Shown: positions 59,984-64,000 of the stretch, piece by piece
How positions within the stretch are numbered: the first letter of the stretch is position 1
How the letters are laid out: every line of letters begins with the position of its first letter
Assembly: GCA_030390025.1 (NCBI GenBank)
Contig: CM059433.1
Span: forward strand, 2,108,001 to 2,172,000
Reading direction: 5' to 3'
Origin: Squalus acanthias
Lineage: Eukaryota
Length of the DNA stretch: 64,000 nt
The notes under the pieces: generated by a model
The model's database searches: none
What the model saw: the letters and a program-made list of their open reading frames with translations, nothing else
What the model was told of the DNA's origin: nothing
Translations under genes and position numbers: made by a program

Positions 59984-61374
59984 TGATGTTGTTTGCCAAT
60001 ATTGTTGCCCATTTTATTTTCCCACGTTCTATTCTCAGCCCTTCAAAATCAGCTTTTCTCCAATCTATTATTCTGGTTTTCGTCATACTTATGTCCTTCT
60101 CAATTATCATCTTAAAGCGTATTATATTATGGTCACTATTGCCTAGATATTCCCCCACTTTTACTTCTCTTTACTGCTCTGGTTCATTCCCCATTACTAG
60201 ATCCAATAGCAAATCCTGCCTTGTTGGGCTTTTTACATATTGGGTTAGAAAGGAGTCCTGTACACATTGTAGGAACTCCATTCCCTTATCCCCTTTACCT
60301 ACCTCTTCTGCCCAATTAATATGGGAGTAGTTGAAATTCCCCATGATTATTATCCTATGTTTTTTACTCATTTCCCTAATTTGTCTGCATATTTCTTCCT
60401 TCACCTCCCCTCCACTATTTGGTGGTCTGTCGACTACACCTATTAGTGTGATTGATCTTTTATCTCTATCTATATGGATTCTATTTCTGTCTTGCTGATA
60501 GCTGCGTCATTTTTTTCTACTGCCATTATGTTATCCCTAATAAGTACAGCTACTCCACCTCCCCTTTTCCCCCCTCTATCTTTTCTAAATATGTTATACC
60601 CTGCAATGTTTAATTCCCAGTCCTGATTTTTCTCTAGCCATGTCTGAGTAATCTCTGCCATGTCTGAGTAATCCCTACTATGTCTGGTTCCTTGCCAAGC
60701 ATAATTGCCTCCAGCTCCCCCTGTTTTATTACGGACACTGTGTGCATTGCTGTACACAGTTTAACTCATTTTTAACAGGATTTCCTCTCACTTTATGTTT
60801 AACCACCTTTTTAGACTCCTGTTCTATAACTCTATTTATTCCGTGGCCATCAATGTCCTCCCTTTATTCTTTCCTATGCTCTCTCTTCCTGTTTTGTTTA
60901 TAATTAGGCTGGTTACGTTTCTTGTAGATCCCTCCCCCCATCTTACTAGTTTAAAGCCTTTGCCACCTCCCTATTTACCCTTTCAGCTAGTACACGGGAC
61001 CCATCCCGGTTCAGGTGGAGCTCATGCCATCGGTACAGCTCCTTCCTGTCCCAGAACTGGTGCCAGTGTCCCATGAAAAGGAACCTCTCTTTCCCATACC
61101 AGCCCTTTCGCCACGTTAATTCTCCTGATCTGTCTGCTTCTATGCCAATTTGCACGTGGCTTTGGCAATAATCCAGAGGTTATTACCCTCGAGGTCCTGC
61201 TTTTTAATTTAGAGCCTAACTCCTGATACACTTTCAGCAGTACCTCCTCCCTGTTCCTGCCTATGTCGTTTGTTCCAACATGGACCACGACAACTGGATT
61301 TACCCCCTCCCTTTCCAAGTTCCTCTCCAGCCGCTGTGAGATATCCCTTACCCTGGCACCGGGTAGGCAACACA

Positions 61375-62563
61375 TGTACGTGGTTTTCTCGGGTGCACCG
61401 AAAACACACCTCTTACTACAAGTTGTGGATGATAGTGATTATAAGGACAGATCAGACTCGGACACCTGTTTGAGCTCAACCCTATTGTGTTTATTAGGAT
61501 TAACAATAACACTCGTAACAGTACAAAACAATACAACCCTGGCTTGTCCAACAAGCCATACCGTGCTAAATTACCACGGTATAATAAAAGACCCCCCCCC
61601 GTGAAATACACTAACACAGGACCCCAGCACTAAACCCCTCTAAAGTTTGGTTGGGACTTACAATCACCCCCTCACACAGCTAAGTGGTCTTGTGGATGTG
61701 TCGGCGCAGGCAATATGCTCACCCCGATTGCCCGTTGTCTTGCTTGCAGCTACTTCCTGTACGTCTGGCTCCTGGTTCCGTACCGCCGACGCGGTATCCA
61801 AGTTCCAGTTTGAGTCGAGGTCTGTTGATGAGGGATGAAGAGCAGCGCTCAGCTTCTGACGGTGTTCCGTCGAGCCGAGCCCCACTCGAGAGACTCGCTG
61901 TAGATTGATGCCGAGGAGAAGAGGGAGCGAGAGCAGCCCCCGAACGGCTCCTGATATACCCAAAACCCATCGCCTTTTCTCCCGTCGATACTGATTGATG
62001 TATTGACTCAGGTGATCTGTCTGGACCCCCCTGTGGCCTGGAGTGACTCATGACCTTTGAAATCTTTGTGAAAAATGATATTCCGTTTCCCCGCTCCCAG
62101 GCCTGGCACCTGGAGAGACAATGAGTGCTGATTACTGGATGTCTGTCGTTTCCTGAGTTGATGGCCCCCATTAGCAGGTAATGGGTTTCAATCTCAAACC
62201 GAACTTGCTTAACTGGCTTATCTCCTGGAAGACAATGGCCTGGCCATCTCCTGCCTTCCACCAGTTTCAGTTGTGACTGTGCTTTGTTGGTGTGAGGGCA
62301 TAGTGTCTGTGAGTTACCTCTCGGGGTATTGTTCCCAATAATCATGTTAGATGGTGATGACGTCAATCTGCCTGGGTTCCCTTCCACCCAGCCTGTCAGT
62401 GTGAGATGGCCGTTTGCATATGAATGCACCTTAGTCAGGTTGGCCTGGCTTGCAATCCTATTCCCTAAGCCACTCCCACAAGCTTGCCCAACAGTACAGT
62501 TCTTTCTTGGGGTTTTGGATATAAAATATGATTCATAAAAATGGCCAGAAAGCTGGTGCTACA
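61375..62563 (-). mobile_element. Solo LTR, 1189 bp
   Basis: TGTA...TACA termini; 4-bp TSD CACA; removing it restores CR1 ORF1 ...ESRSV|CCLPG; minus-strand AATAAA at 61490-61495 (orientation tentative). Confidence 0.8.
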
Positions 62564-63445
62564 CACACACTTCGGGATTCTCGATCTTGGCTACAGAGGA
62601 CGCGATCTATCTCCCTAAAGCAATGCCATGTTTTTGTTTTAACTCAGCCAGAAACATTTGCTGCTGAAACCTCCTTGGCACACTGCACCTAATATCCGGA
62701 ATCGCATTGTAGCAAAATTTATTTTTAAAGTTGCCCTTTAACCCAACCCACCTTGCTGTAATCGAGGGACAGAATTTATGTTACAAGTCTAGATTCTAAT
62801 ATCCTCCTGTCCCAGTGAAGTCATTTTTCACTAAATATGCGGTCTATCAAAGGGCAGAAATTACCATTGATTTGTTTTCATTAGGAGCTTAAGATTTATT
62901 CAGCGTCGTAGGATTAAGAAAATTGAGTTTACAGATGTGCATCACCGCTCATTGAAAAAGAATTTTCAATGATCCTGATGATTGAGAAAAGTCTCTAAGC
63001 CATGCAGAAGAGGAAAATCGTCACTTTGCTCCCTAGTCTCTGCTGAGGTAGAAAATCTCAGCCAGGGTAGCAGTGTAAGAGTGCTGTGATTGGCTGTAGA
63101 CTTCTGGGCTGGGCTCCCACTCCTGAGGCTACGCCCGTGTGGATATTGGGTCAGGATAGGGCTCGTTTATGATGCTCTTCATATCAAATAGCTTATAGGC
63201 TCCCACTGTCATCTTTCACTAATGCTCCTGGAACCAAACCGTGAATCCCCACCTTCAGTAGGGGCAGGGAGACAATTGAAGGAGAAGGAAAAGCAGGATT
63301 TCCAGGAATGGGGAAATCTATTTCAGCATGCTTTTTGGATTCAGTTCATTATAAAGAGAATAAATTTGATTCAAGGCTTACCTTCATTTGTGAGGCAAAC
63401 AAATCACATGCAGTAGTTTATTTATTAGAGTGAGCTATATGATAT

Positions 63446-63556
63446 ACAGAGTTTCTGACGAAGGGTCACAGACCTGAAATGTTAACTCTGTTTCTCTCTC
63501 CACGGATGCTGCCTGACCTGCTGAGTGTTTCCAGCATTTTCTGTTGTTATCTCAGA
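63446..63556 (+). mobile_element. Solo Penelope terminal-repeat fragment with hammerhead motif
   Basis: Reverse-complement match to 49398-49504; CTGACGA-A-GGGTC-ACA-GACCT-GAAA-TGTT. Confidence 0.75.
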
Positions 63557-64000
63557 CTAATAGAGTTCACTTAATCCCAAAACCCAGACTTTTGTAGCAA
63601 TGCAGTATGGACGTCCTCGCTCCAGGAGCCAAGAGCCATATTCTGCTTTGCATCATTCAGGATTCCATGGTAAACTTGTATTCCTCCAGAATAAAATCCT
63701 AGATTGCCTCTTCACTAACCCCCACATGTTAACTACATAGAAAGGCCTTTTTTTGACAATCAAGTGGGACCTGTTCTACAAGGCTTCAAGAAGGACGAAC
63801 AAAGGCTGAAAGTTATTCTGAGCAAGGCCCTGAAAGAGATGGACTTCCTTTCTTTTATTACTGTCAAACAGACTTTCCTTCAGGCCAGATGAAGATTTAA
63901 CCTTGGAAATAATCTATCCAGACAGGTTGACGAGAAAGGGCTAAGGGGAGAATAAAACTGCTGCTTCCACTTCCCAGAAGTGATTCATTTGCTATACATT

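Larger units (their letters stand above)
57113..62620 (-). mobile_element. Long decayed CR1 (esterase ORF1 + ORF2) hosting nested insertions
   Basis: Collinear minus-strand fragments: REIDRVLCSQDRESRSV (62565-62620), CCLPGARV/HVGTND (61022-61374), endonuclease 59985-60760, RT 57113-59010. Confidence 0.92.

Noticed and set aside
61664..62538. 236-aa and other ORFs inside the solo LTR
   Set aside because: No recognisable domain; consistent with chance ORFs in GC-balanced sequence.

Overview
Eukaryotic (vertebrate) genomic DNA, probably from a cartilaginous fish; this is inferred from HE1-like and SacSINE1-like SINEs and abundant CR1 LINEs. The whole window lies inside one + strand gene, NBAS. 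Eleven internal coding exons (2713-56761) have GT-AG boundaries, match in phase and splice into one open frame. The introns are packed with CR1, L2 and RTE LINEs, a Penelope-like element, SINEs, Harbinger-like MITEs and a solo LTR. The dominant structure is a ~19.4-kb intronic array (22235-41597): a compound minisatellite (constant core CTCTGCATTGTCTATCC plus variable (TG)n(CG)m spacers) holding three identically 5'-truncated, RT-intact CR1 copies at an exact 5673-bp period. Other points of note: an in-frame UUUAAAC -1 slippery site at the ORF1/ORF2 overlap of two different CR1 families, a twin-priming-type inverted RTE insertion with an 11-bp TSD, a LINE ORF2 with a tRNA-like head, and minimal hammerhead ribozyme motifs. 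All family assignments are by eye and from memory; no database search was run.
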